Assembly (NCBI GenBank): GCA_963833985.1
Contig: CAWIAD010000002.1
Coordinates: 4,864,001 to 4,928,000 of the forward strand
Direction of reading: 5' to 3'
Length of the DNA: 64,000 bases
Origin: an uncultured Planctomycetaceae bacterium
GTDB taxonomy: Bacteria > Planctomycetota > Planctomycetia > Isosphaerales > Isosphaeraceae
The notes under the pieces were generated by a model that had not been told where the DNA came from, made no database searches, and saw only the letters and a program-made list of their open reading frames with translations. Below are positions 50,872 to 62,146 of the stretch, in pieces. Positions within the stretch are counted from its first letter, which is position 1. Each line of letters begins with the position of its first letter. The translations under genes and the position numbers were made by a program.

Positions 50872-53575
50872 TCAGAACACTTCGTCCAGGAATCTCGTTC
50901 CCAGCTCCTGGACCGGCTGGAAGGCCGGTGAGGCGGCGTACGCCTGCAAGCTGCGCAGCATCTGGCGGGCCGCCGGGTTCCTCGCTGCCAGGCCCGGCAG
51001 ATCGATCGTGCAGACCAGCAGCCGCCCTGCACCGACGCGGGCCTCGAAGAGGTTCCCGAGCTTGTGGTTGCGGGCAAAGTTGTCAATCACCTGGATGATC
51101 GGCCGGAAGCCAGGCGGAGTGCCATCGAGCACCACGCTGCGGCTCTGGTCGAGCAGCTCATACCATTGCCAGTTCGAGTGCGAATCCGTGGGGAAGCCCC
51201 TGAGCGCGGGATGGGCGGGATCGCAGAGGATCCCCATCGTGTTCGGCTGCTGGTCCGGGAACCAGACCGGGCTCCAGAACACGGGCAGAAACCGGCCGGG
51301 CAACGATTTCGACGTGCCGAGCTTGCGCGGGAACAAGAGCACCACTTTGCCGGCGGCCAGCGCCGACCTCGTGGCGTCATCCCAATCGTCGCTCACGAGC
51401 AGGCCAGACGGCGGAGGCTCGGCCGGTCCAGGCGGATAGACCCAGATGTCCCACTCATTGGAGAACTCGAACCCGGTCCCGCCCAGGCCGAGCGTGACGA
51501 CCAGACGGCAAGGCGCCGAGGCGCTGTGGAGCGGGGCGCGGATGGTCCCCAGCCGCGTCAGCGCCTCCGGTTGGTACCTTGCGAGGCTCGAAAGTCCCAG
51601 CAGCCACCGTGCGGCCGCGGTCGTCGCGGATCGTCCAGGCCGGCGCGGCGTCGGCCAGCGGCCCCGGCCCGTAATGAGCCACCTCGGCTTCGGCCACGAA
51701 ACTTTCGTCGCTGGTATAGATGCGCCGGGGCATCCGCACGAGCGGCACCGTCGGCCCACAGTAGCGGCGATGAGCCTCCGGAGTCACGATTCCCTTGGAC
51801 TCCCAGAATGGATCCAGCAGCCCCACCAGCGCAGTCCCCTGGCCCGGATAGTCGTGCAGGTCCAGCAGCGAAAAGCCTGCATAGTTTGGCGTCCGCAGCA
51901 GGATCTCGATCTCCTCCTTGTAAAGCAGTGCGGCGTGCCGGCCGGTCGCCTCGAAGAACCGGGGGGCCAGGTCGAGCATGTGCCTGGACTGGAGGTCCGC
52001 GCGGACGATCTCGAAGTTCCGTGCGGCGAGCACTCCGTTGTACTTGGCGATCTCACCCAGGTTCGGATAGAAGGTCCACTGACCGATTTCATGACCGGTG
52101 AGCGGCCGGTCCTGGCGCGCGACCTCGGCTCCGAAGTCGCGGTCGGTGCCCGGGCCGTGCACGCCGCGCGGGCCTCCCTCGGTGAACTGGCGGTTGGCCG
52201 TCCCCTGGCCCGCGGACGGCGACGCGTAGAGATGCCGGGGGTCCTCGCGGCGGAGCCGGTCAATCCACCGCGAAAGCAGCGCGTCCTTGCCTCCGTACTC
52301 GTTCCCCAGGGTCATCAGGCAGAACGAAGGATGATTGCCGTAGTTGCGGACGATGCGCAGCAGCTCGGCTTCGACGAAGGCGTCACGCGCGGGGTCCGAG
52401 CCGGCATCCACGTTCGCCAGGGGGCCCTCCGGCTGCACGATGACGCCTTCCAGGTCGGCAGCCTCGAAGGCCGCTTCCGGAGGGCACCAGGAATGGAAGC
52501 GCAGGAAGTTCAGGCCGTACGACTTGATCGTCCGGGCGATTCGCCGCCACTCGCCCACGGTGGCCGGCGGATAACCGGTGCGCGGGAAGATCGCGCATTC
52601 CAGGGTCCCGCGCAGCAGGATCGGCCGGCCGTTCAGGGCGAACCGCGTGCCAAGAGCGGTGAACTCGCGCAACCCGAACCGCACGGCCTTCTCGTCGCGG
52701 CAGGTCTTGCCTTGCGTCGCGGCCGACACCTGGGCGCTGGCGACAAGCAGCCGGGGCGAGAATTCGTCCCAGAGCGGTGCGTCGGGCCCCAGGTCCAGCT
52801 CCCGCACCACCTCCGCGGAGCGACCGAGCCGCACATCCAGATGATCGCTGGCCAGGACCGCGCCACCGCCGCGCGGTTTGACCATGAGCTCCAGCTGCGC
52901 CGTCACGGGCTGCTCCAGCGTGCTCGTCAATCTCACCCGGACCCGGGCCCGCCTGTGCTCCACGTCCGGGTAAACCTGGAGGTCCTCGATGGCCACGGCA
53001 TCGATGGCGCGGATCTCCAGGCTGCCCACCAGGCCGTTCCAGTTCGTCTGCGTCCCATCGTAGAGGATCGATACGAAGCCGCCCAGGTCGAGCTTCCTCG
53101 TGTTGTCGACCCGGATCGTGAGCCGGCGCGTGCCGGCGATCGTCCCCAGGTCGTGCACGTGCGGCGCCACCAGGCTGTCCTGCATTCCCGGCACGGCCTT
53201 GCCGTCGATCCAGACCCGGGTTTCCCAGTGCACCCGTTCGAGCACCAGCGAGATGCGCTTCCCCTTCCAGGAGCCGGGAATCATCAGCTCGCACTGGAAC
53301 CACGCCTGCCCCTCATAGGGGTAGAGGCGGTACAGCCCGTCGAGCGACGGCTTCGCGGTGTTCGGCGCGCCCAGCCGGGCCTCGTCGGTCGAGCCCGGCA
53401 GCGTGATCGTGCCGGCGAGCTCGCGCTCGTACCAGCGTTCGGCCTCGCCCACCCGCCCGGGATCAAGCTGCACCCGCCACTGGCCCGCGATGGACCGGGT
53501 CTCCGCGGCCCTCAGGCCCGGCGCTCCCGAAAGAACACCAATTCCCAGTGCCAGGGTCAGAAAGAAGCGATTCAT
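50872..53575 (-). CDS. Secreted glycoside hydrolase family 2-type protein, frameshifted near 51565
   Basis: Signal peptide, LERVHWET, TNWNGLVG, GLNFLRFHSWCPPE, NHPSF..GNE, HEIGQW, DYPGQGTALVG. ORFs 51455-53788 and 50872-51759 join at KVPTG/ALTRLG. Confidence 0.85.
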
Positions 53576-53702
53576 GATGAGAGTCCATCCAGGTCCCATG
53601 GAGTTCAACGGGCGGCAGTGAGCTCGCCCCCATGTGCGCATGCCGGGGCTGGCCGTGCGGAGCCAGGCGGCGCCACAGGACAATACCCTCGACGTCGCTT
53701 GC

Positions 53703-53868
53703 CTCTTCATCTCTCGTGGGACACGCTTCCATTCGTGTCTCTTCATCTCTCGTGGGACACGCTTCCATTCGTGTCTCTTCGTTCCCACTGATACATTTTA
53801 TTTTAATCTTGATATTTACTATTGTTTGCATTTTTTTTCGTGACAAGATCGGAGTCTTGTCCCACGAG
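53703..53868. repeat. 36-bp tandem repeat carrying REP-like hairpins, plus an inverted REP-like copy
   Basis: Unit CTCTTCATCTCTCGTGGGACACGCTTCCATTCGTGT at 53703-53738 and 53739-53774. After an AT-rich spacer, 53842-53868 reads CTCGTGGGACAAGACTCCGATCTTGTC on the minus strand. Confidence 0.8.
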
Positions 53869-53996
53869 AAGGGAAGCCAAGCCTCCCCTGGGCGTCGAGC
53901 CCAGTTCTCATGTGTCGCAGACCCGAACGGGTCGCGGCGTTGCGGCTGCGGAACGAGGGAATGCAGCGGAACACCGCGACCCCGGGGCGTTTCCGA

Positions 53997-54741
53997 TCAC
54001 TCCCGGCGCGCGGCCCAGCGGCATGCTGCGCACGAGGATCTCCCGGTAGCTGGGGTGATGCCACGCTCCCGCGTCGTGGCCCGCTTGAAAGTAGACGACA
54101 CGGCTCTTGCCGTACTCGGTCGTCCATGCGAACGGGGAGACGTTCTTGGGATTGCTGGCCTTCAGGAGCACGTGGACATCGCTCGAGACAAAGGTGTTGC
54201 CGTAAGCCTCGTCGTGGATCACGAAGCTGGTCAGCCCGCGCGTGATCGGGTGCTCCGTGTCGGCGACTTCGATGGCAATCTCCTGGCCGTGCTCGTACGT
54301 CGATGGCCCGTAATCGCGGCCGTCGATCGACTGCTTGCCGTTCAGCCAGGAGCCGCCGATGACCCGATGATACTCCGGCCAGCCGGGGCTGGCATTGAGA
54401 TTATGGTGCAGCGACACCAGCCCGATGCCGCGATCCAGCAATGCCAGGAAGTCCTGCTGCTGGGACGGAGTCAGCTCCTTGACCATGTCGTAGCAGACGA
54501 TGACGTCGTAGTCTTTCTCGAGTCCGGGCTTGAGCAGGCCCGCGGAGGCGGGCAAGGGCGCCCTGGTATACGAAACTCCGGGCAGCCCGTCCCACAGGGC
54601 AAAGAACTCTTTCTCTTGAAAGTCATGCCCGCCGTAGGTCAGCAGCACGCGCAGCTTCGTTCCGGGGGGCTCAGAACGCGCGGGGCTCCCTGCCAGCACG
54701 GCAACCAGGCAACCGAGCGCCACGATGGCCGATCGCTTCAT
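53997..54741 (-). CDS. Secreted ThuA-like domain protein, probable frameshift near 54022
   Basis: LLTYGGHDF, GIGLVSLHH, HPITRGL..FVIHDEAY, YGKSRVVYFQAGHD. Removing one base gives the typical end ILVRSIRWAARRE with a stop at 53997; the raw ORF runs on to 53908. Confidence 0.85.
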
Positions 54742-54786
54742 CGAAGAAGGCTCCTTGTAGGTCGAAGGTCGTTTCCCGCCCCGGGG

Positions 54787-56043
54787 TCACAGCGTCCAGG
54801 GCGAGCGCAAGGGGCGGTGCATCATCCTGGCCGCCTCCGAGTCGCCCACGATGGTCTCGGACCGCGGGTCCCAGGTGATCTTGCGATCAAGCCGCACCGC
54901 GAGATCGCACATGTGGCTCATGAGGTCGCTACGGACCGCGTCGACCAGGGGGCTCACGGTCGCCCCGCGCGTCTTCACCGCGTCCACGAAGTTGTGGTAG
55001 TGGTTGGTGCTCTCGAGCACAGTCACCTTGCCGCCTTCGACCGTTGCGCCGAGCAGGGATTTCGGCTCAGCGTCCCAGTTCTCCCTCCAGATGCGGATCC
55101 AGCCCCTGGTGCCGATGAACTTCGTGGAATCCCGGCCCGGCTTGAACGTCATGCTCACTCCGCCGGTGAACTCGAATCGCATGTCCCAGTCATAAACCGT
55201 GTCATAGAGGCCGGAATCGGGCACCTTCCCCGTCCCCTCCACGCTCCAGGGGCCATCCAGGTCGACGCGGCTGCCCCAGACAAGGAGGTCCAGCGGATGC
55301 GCACCCCAGCCGGCCAGGTAGCCAATTGATTGGTCATAGATCCAGTAGGTGCCCTGGGGATGGCAGCGATCGGCGGTGAACGGCTTTTTCGGCGCGGGAC
55401 CAAGCCACATCTCGTAATCGAGGCCCGGCGGGACGGGGGCTTCCTGGGTGGAACCGCCGGTACCGCCATTGGGCGCTGTCACTTCGAGCGTCTTGAGGTC
55501 TCCAATGAATCCATTTCGCACCAGCCAGCATCCCAGCCGGCAATGGGCAGAGCTGCGCTGTTGCGTACCGTACTGGAAGACGCGGTTCTGCTGCTGAAAG
55601 ACTCTGCGGCAGAGCAGGTCCTGCTCGACACAGATGCCCAGCGGCTTCTCGACGTAGCAATCTTTCCCCGCCCGGGCGGCCATCAGGGCCACCGGCACAT
55701 GCCAGTGGTCGGGCGTGGCCACAATCACGGCGTCGATGTCCTTGCGCGCCAGGACCTCGCGGAAGTCGGCGTACGCCTTGCCCCCGCACTGCGCCGCACG
55801 CTGCGCCCGGCGCTCCGTGTAAGCATCGGCGCAGGCCACGCTCTGAACGTCCCGGAGCTTCTGGAACTGGGAAAACAGGTAGCTCCCCTGCCCTCCCACG
55901 CCGATGTGCCCCAGCGTGACGCGCTCGCTGGCCGCGGCGCGTGTGCGGGTGCCGAGGGCCGCACTGGTGATCACGGTGGGAAACGCCACCGCTCCGGCCG
56001 AGGTTTTCAAGAACCCACGTCGTGTCGGATGACTGGTTGTCAT
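54787..56043 (-). CDS. Tat-exported Gfo/Idh/MocA oxidoreductase
   Basis: TRRGFLK twin-arginine signal, IGVGGQG, ATPDHWH, YVEKPL, GTQQRS, WGAHPLD. Confidence 0.95.
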   Translation of the reverse strand: MTTSHPTRRGFLKTSAGAVAFPTVITSAALGTRTRAAASERVTLGHIGVGGQGSYLFSQFQKLRDVQSVACADAYTERRAQRAAQCGGKAYADFREVLARKDIDAVIVATPDHWHVPVALMAARAGKDCYVEKPLGICVEQDLLCRRVFQQQNRVFQYGTQQRSSAHCRLGCWLVRNGFIGDLKTLEVTAPNGGTGGSTQEAPVPPGLDYEMWLGPAPKKPFTADRCHPQGTYWIYDQSIGYLAGWGAHPLDLLVWGSRVDLDGPWSVEGTGKVPDSGLYDTVYDWDMRFEFTGGVSMTFKPGRDSTKFIGTRGWIRIWRENWDAEPKSLLGATVEGGKVTVLESTNHYHNFVDAVKTRGATVSPLVDAVRSDLMSHMCDLAVRLDRKITWDPRSETIVGDSEAARMMHRPLRSPWTL

Positions 56044-56740
56044 CGTTCTCTCCGTTTAGAACAAGGTACTTCTTCGAATTCACGCACGACCACCTTTTAG
56101 CATTGCATGACCGAAGCGCGTGCTCAACCACCTGGTCCGCAGAGTACGGACGTGTTCAAAGCTTTAACCATTCTGCGCAGTCTGCTCGCGATCAGAGGGA
56201 TGTCCCCAATAGTGTTCCTACCTGCTCTCTGCCCATTTCCTCCACCCACTTGCAGATTTGTGTCCACGTGCGCAGAATGGCTTCAATGTGCCGATCAGGA
56301 TAGTACGAACTGTTGAAGTGTGGCGGGGCGAACGTAATGACTCCAGCCGAGCTCGCTGACTCAGCCCGACCCCAGCGAGGCTGCCACCATGTGCAGATTG
56401 TTCGTGACCCGGAACGATAACAGTGCCCGGTGCGAGGAGACTGCTCGGGTCGACGGGATGCCCGAGCATTCGCGACTTTGATCATTTTCCGGGATGCTGC
56501 CAATACCTCCCGCGGCATATGCCGAGCCTCCCTTCTGACCCGATCCGCGATTGGGTATTCCTATCCCTGATAGAGCCTGCTCAGGTCGACGACTGCGGGG
56601 TTTTTGAGCGTAGGTTCTGGCTGGCTCGCGAGCTGGAATCGCGATATTGAGTCCTTCTCGGTGTTGCCACTCCGCTCCGCACGTTCTACGGGAGCCTGAC
56701 CTGTACCGGGATGTCATCTCACCAACATCGGAAGTAGGCC

Positions 56741-56938
56741 ATGGATTTCATCGAGAGCATCTTTCACGTCTCGCCTGACGGCGGCAATGGGACCTTGGAA
56801 ACGGCTTTCCTGGTCATCAGTGCGACCGGCATCGTATTGATCGCTGTCGGTCGACAAATCTCTCATCTGTTGCGACGAAGTGTTGCCTCGGACTCGCCCC
56901 CTCCGGTGGCCGTGCAAGGTGCCGACGTGCCAGGATGA
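56741..56938 (+). CDS. Small single-TM hypothetical protein
   Basis: MDFIESIFHVSPDGGNGTLE followed by a hydrophobic helix and basic residues. Confidence 0.6.
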   Translation: MDFIESIFHVSPDGGNGTLETAFLVISATGIVLIAVGRQISHLLRRSVASDSPPPVAVQGADVPG

Positions 56939-57058
56939 TCTCCACCTGGATTGTCTGAAGGACACGAAGCACTGCGGACCCCCTGGGTGCCAAAGGGGGC
57001 ACGCTGCTTTGGACGGAACGTCAGTGACCAAGGCCTCCACAACCAAGGAATCTACAGG

Positions 57059-57808
57059 ATGACCCAAGCAGACTTGCCGAGCGTCGTCGAAGGGGCGGGA
57101 TTCATCTTCCGAGGCCGAGTGGTCCCGGGGCGACGAGCACAGGTTCAGCTCCCGGCCGGCACCGCTCAAAAGGCCGTGACGGTCCTTGTCGAGGAGATCC
57201 TCCTGAGCACTGAAGCCCTGAGCAGCCTCGTCGGGCAGGAAGTGATTGTCATCAGCGAACAGGAGGCACTTCTCGACAAGGAGCCCTCCCTCCTGTTCTT
57301 TACCAGGTGCGTCGTCCTGGGCCAGCAGGTGATCGTGGAAGGAGTCGGCTATACTCAGTGGTCGCCCGACGCCGTGCGCCAGGTTGCTCAGCAGGTGAAA
57401 GCCGCTGGCGAGCGACCCCTGCAGGAACGCGTCGCGTCCGCAGCAATGATCGTCACTGGGACTGTGCTGAGTTGCGTCCCTGCTGGACCTCGTTCGAGGC
57501 CAGAATCCGAGCACGATCCGGACTGGTGGATTGGCCGCGTCAAGGTGCGGTCCATCATCAAAGGCTCACCGGGGGAAGCCGAGCTCGAGGTTCTGTTCGC
57601 CAACAGCACGGACATTGCCTGGTACAAGTCTCCCAAGTTGCGTGAAGGGGAGAGCAGGCTTCTGATCCTTCAGCACCTGGAGGCAAACGAGGCCCCACCC
57701 GAAGTAGCGCGGTCCATCTATCAGATCATCCACCCCCTCGACGCCCTTCCCGCCGAGCGGCTTCCCGAGGTGCAGCGCGCGCTCGAGCTTACGAAAGGGG
57801 GTCTCTAA
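57059..57808 (+). CDS. Hypothetical protein with two internal beta-rich repeats
   Basis: FIFRGRV..VLVEEIL and IVTGTV..VKVRSIIKG halves, plus SEHDPDW and FANSTDIAWYKSPKL motifs. It stops 1 nt before the next ATG. Confidence 0.75.
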   Translation: MTQADLPSVVEGAGFIFRGRVVPGRRAQVQLPAGTAQKAVTVLVEEILLSTEALSSLVGQEVIVISEQEALLDKEPSLLFFTRCVVLGQQVIVEGVGYTQWSPDAVRQVAQQVKAAGERPLQERVASAAMIVTGTVLSCVPAGPRSRPESEHDPDWWIGRVKVRSIIKGSPGEAELEVLFANSTDIAWYKSPKLREGESRLLILQHLEANEAPPEVARSIYQIIHPLDALPAERLPEVQRALELTKGGL

Positions 57809-57809
57809 G

Positions 57810-60177
57810 ATGTCGGACCACATCAAGGTCGTCAATATGATTCCTATCAAGTCAAGCGCGGAGACGAACCAGGACAGCGAGCCCAATCTTGCCGTCAACC
57901 CCACCAATTCTCTGGAGATGGCTGCCACCTCGTTCACACCCAGCCCAAATGTGGGGAGCGCGAATTCGCCTATTTTTTACTCGAGTGACGGCGGGATCTT
58001 CTGGAGCCTTCTGGACATCATCAGCGGCACACCGGTCCGCGATCAGACACTGCGCTTCTCACCCAGCGGCACCCTTTATGCTGGAGTGCTTTGGGGCCCC
58101 GGGTCCTTCGCAACTATCAATTTCGATATATTGAGGACGAAAGACTTCTCCGGCCTGGTCCAGATGACGAGACTGGCGACGAGAGTGAACGATGATCAAC
58201 CTTTCATTCAGGTGGGCTTCGTGTCGCGCGGCCCAGGCGCGGGCAACGATCGCATCTACGTTGGCAGCAACGATCATGCGAACGCGAACATTCCGGCTAC
58301 CATCGACCTCTCGTTGGACGCGACGGCCTCTCCGGCCGTCACCAAGACCGTCGTGATCGAGAGTCGAACAGTAGGGCGCGACAGCCCTCAAACGAGGCCC
58401 GCCATCCACCCCGACGGAGTTATCTACGTCGTCTACTACGCATTGCTCAGCGGAACGTCATGTGACGTGGTCATTGTTCGCGACGACAACTGGGCCACAG
58501 AGCCGTCGCCGTTCAATGCCCTGCTTGATCTGCTCGATTTGCAACGCGGTGTTCGCATTGCAACAGGCATCAAGAATCCGTTCAATTCATCGACACCGAC
58601 GTACATCGGTCAGCAGAGAAGCGTGGGAGATCTCTCCATTGCGGTCGACTCAAGCAACAGCGCTACGGTCTACGTTTGCTGGGGCGATCTTCAGGCGGCG
58701 GGCACGTACACGCTCCACGTCGTGAAATCAACCGATTCGGGCGCCACATGGTCTGGAGACATCAGGACGGTCACGAATGCGACGAACCCTGCGCTGGCGA
58801 TCAACCATGTCGGTAGACTCGGCTTTCTCTACCAGCAGGTCACCGGTGCAGCGCCCAGTCAGCGCTGGCAGACCCGCCTCGAGTTGACGACCGACGACTT
58901 CGGTTCGTTCACGACTCATCTCCTCGCCAACACGCCGGCCGCCACGCCCGCGAAGGCCAGAGATCCGTACCTGGGCGACTACCTGTACATGATGACGGAT
59001 GGGAACTCCTTCTACGGGATTTTCAGTGCCAACAACACGCCCGACACAAACAACTTCCCAAGCGGCGTCGCTTATCAAAGGAACGCCGACTTCGCAACCC
59101 GGACGCTGCTCAACCTGGACTACAAGACTCCTGTCCCGGTCTCCATCGATCCCTTCTTTTTTGCAGTGTCCGACACGCCTGACAACGTCATTGCCGGAAT
59201 AGTCACCGATATCAATACCAACCCGCTAGACGATGCATCGATACTCATCAAAACAGCGGCTGGATCCACACTTCAACTGTCAACAGATGTCACAGGCCGC
59301 TATATTACCCCTATTCTGCCGCCAGGCCTCTACGACATCTCGGCGACGCGCAGTGATTTCCTAACGTCCGCGGCTGCCGTTACCGTGCTTGATGCGGTTT
59401 CCCTAACCCTTCAGAACTTCGTCCTTCTAAAAGCATTGCCATTCACTCTCACCGGCCAGGTCAGCGATACAACCGATGTTCCGATCAACGGCGCAATCGT
59501 GAGCGTGGCGGGCTTCACCGCACAGACCGATGCAACCGGACATTACGCTTTCAATGACATAGACCCCGGCCCATCCAGCGGCCTGTACGTTGTCGACGTG
59601 CGCGCACCAGGTTTTGTGTCGGCAAGTTTGACCTTGACCATACCCAACGGAGCGACTCTCGTCCGCGACTTTGTTCTGAAGAAACAGGGCGCTTTGACCG
59701 GCCATGTTATGGACTCGGGAGGCGTGTCGTTGGGTGGTGCTTCCGTGAGTCTCGGAACTCCCCATACTTTTACGGATGTCACCGGCTTCTACAGCTTCAT
59801 CTTGGACCCTGGACAATACGCGGAGACCGTAACTCTTAGGGGCTTTCGGCCGAGTATGGCCTCCGTCACCATACCGATCGGAGGCACAGTCCTTCAGAAT
59901 TTCACTCTCGTCAGGGCTGTGCCAGGCACGGTCACCGGAGAGGTGACCGATGACGGGGGAAGCCCATTATTCAATGCCAGTGTCGTCATCGCCGGATCAA
60001 CACCCACCAGAACCGATGTCAACGGCCATTACACACTGGCCAATCTCATTCCGGGGTCCTACAACATCGCGGCATCGAGGGGAGCTCGAGTATATCCCCG
60101 ACACTCAAACCGTAGTCGTTCTGGACGGCCAAACCACGGATTTGGACTTTGTCTTGGTATCCAGATCACGCAATTGA
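57810..60177 (+). CDS. Asp-box (sialidase-like) propeller with four carboxypeptidase-regulatory-like repeats, frameshifted near 60090
   Basis: YSSDGGIFW and KSTDSGATW Asp boxes, four G.V.D..P...A.V..TD..G.Y repeats. The last repeat completes in the frame ending at 60177 (YIPDTQTVVVLDGQTTDLDFVL). Confidence 0.8.
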
Positions 60178-60236
60178 CTCGAGTCGCTTCCGGGGAGGGA
60201 AAGGGGTGGTCGCGGATTAGCACCTGGCAAGTACGG

Positions 60237-62146
60237 GTCGGGACGCACTCCCCGGCGGCGCCACAGCGCCGTCAGGCCCACGAGGATCGCCAGTGAGGCA
60301 CAACCCTCGGCCACGCGATCGGGTTCGGCCGCGGGGTCCCGCTCGTCGCGGAGGACGTCGAGGGCCGATCGGCCCAGCGTCGCGCGCGCGATGCGGTCGA
60401 GCCGCTCGCATTCCCCGAGGAATCCCGGCTCGGCCTCGATGAGCCAGGACGCCGCGCCGGCCGGGGCCGAGCCGGCGTCCGGATAGACGAACGCGAGGCT
60501 CGGAGGCTGTCGCCGCGGGCGATCGGACGGCCCCGCCTCGGGCCGGGCCGCGAGGTCCTCGAGCCCGGCGAGGAGCCCGGCGGCGTCGGTCACGACGAGG
60601 GCCCGGCGGGCCGGCAGGTGAGCCCGCCGACGCGCCGCGGTGACGCAGAGATCCCTCGCGCCTGCGCGTCGGGAGGCTGGTCGCGGACCATCTCGGCGAG
60701 CCGCGCGGCGAGGTTCCGAAGCGCGTCTGGCGTCGCGGCGGAGAGCGGCAGGATCCATGACCGGCGCGTCGCCAATACTCCCCGAAGCGGAGAGTCGTGC
60801 GCCTGGAGGACGGCATGCACATTCGCCCCGCCGAATCCGAAGCTGCTGATCCCGGCGATCCGCCTGCCGGCGCCGGCCGGCCAGGGGATTGGCTCCCGGC
60901 AGACGACGAGTCCGGCCGTGTCCCCGTCCGATTCGGTGATCGGCTCGTCCACGTGGAGGCTCGGCGCGATCGTCCGGTGTTGCAGGATCAGGCACGCCTT
61001 GATCAGTCCCGCGACGCCCGCCGCCGCCTCGGTATGGCCAAGGTTCGACTTCAGCGAGCCGAGGTAGCAGGGCCGGCCGGGCGGTCGGCCCCTGGACAGG
61101 ACCTCGCGGAGCGCCTGCAACTCGATCTGGTCGCCGAGCGGCGTGCCGGTCCCGTGTGCCTCGAAGTAGCCGACCTCCGCCGGGTCGACACCCGCCCCGC
61201 GGTAGGCCGCGCGGAGCAGGTCCACCTGGGCCCCGGCGCTGGGGGACATCAGCCCGTTGCTGCGGCCGTTGGTGTTGGCGGCCGTCGCCCGGATCAGGGC
61301 GATGACCTGATCGCCGTCCGCCTCGGCGTCGCCCAGCCGCTTGAGGACGACCAGCCCCGCCCCCTCGCCGCGGACGATCCCATCGGCGCGACGATCGAAC
61401 GCCCGGCATCGCCCCGTCGCGGAGAGCAGGCCGGCGCGTCGGTAGACGACATCATTGCGACGGAGCTGGATGAGCGAGACCCCGCCGGCGATCGCCAGCG
61501 AGCATTCGCCGATGCGCAGGCTCTGGGCCGCCATGTGGACGGCCATCAGCGACCCCGAGCACGCCGAGTCGATCGCCACGCTCGGCCCGCGCAGGTCGAG
61601 GACGTACGAGACCCGGTTGGCGATCACCGAGTCGGAGGCGCCCGTCCCGCTGAAGGCCCCGAGGAAGTCGGGGTCGGCGGGGATCGCCAGCTCGTAGTCG
61701 CCGTTCTGCGCGCCGACGAACACGCCGGTCGCGGTGCGCCTCAGCCGGTCGGGGGGGATCCCGGCCGATTCCAGGGCCTCCCAGGCCAGCTCCAGGACGA
61801 GCCGCTGCCGGGGGTCGACGTGCCGCGCCTCGCTCGGCGAGATGCCAAAAAACCGGGCGTCGAAGTGCTCCAGGTCGTCGAGGAAGCCGCCGGCATCGCC
61901 GCCGAGGGCGGGCCGCCGCCCGGGCGGCGGGGGACCTACGGCGCATCGGCCCCGGATCAAGAGGTCCCAGAGTGCCGCGACCGACGGCGCGCCGGGATAC
62001 CGGCAAGCCATGCCGACCACCGCGATCGGCTCGCTCTGGGCCCGCTCGTACGCGGCCAGGCGCGCCTTCAGCTCGCGGATCGCCTGAAGCGCCCGGAGCA
62101 TCGTCTCGTCGCTCGCCGCGCCACCGTTGTCATGGGGTCCGCTCAT
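60237..62146 (-). CDS. Type I polyketide synthase: docking helix, KS and truncated degenerate AT; frameshift near 60657
   Basis: EPIAVVGMACRYPG, DPRQRL, DSACSGSL (active Cys), EAHGTGT, KSNLGHTEAAAG, SSFGFGGANVH. AT homology stops at ALWRRRGVRPD, before the GHS motif. Confidence 0.85.

Noticed and set aside
53703..53840. 36-bp repeats next to an AT-rich stretch, suggesting a CRISPR array with leader
   Set aside because: The units are directly adjacent with no spacers, there are only about two copies, and no cas genes are present. It fits a REP-like tandem duplication better.
56100..56740. Possible gene or mobile-element remnant at the left edge of the lower-GC segment
   Set aside because: No ORF with recognisable motifs, terminal repeat or tRNA could be supported by eye.
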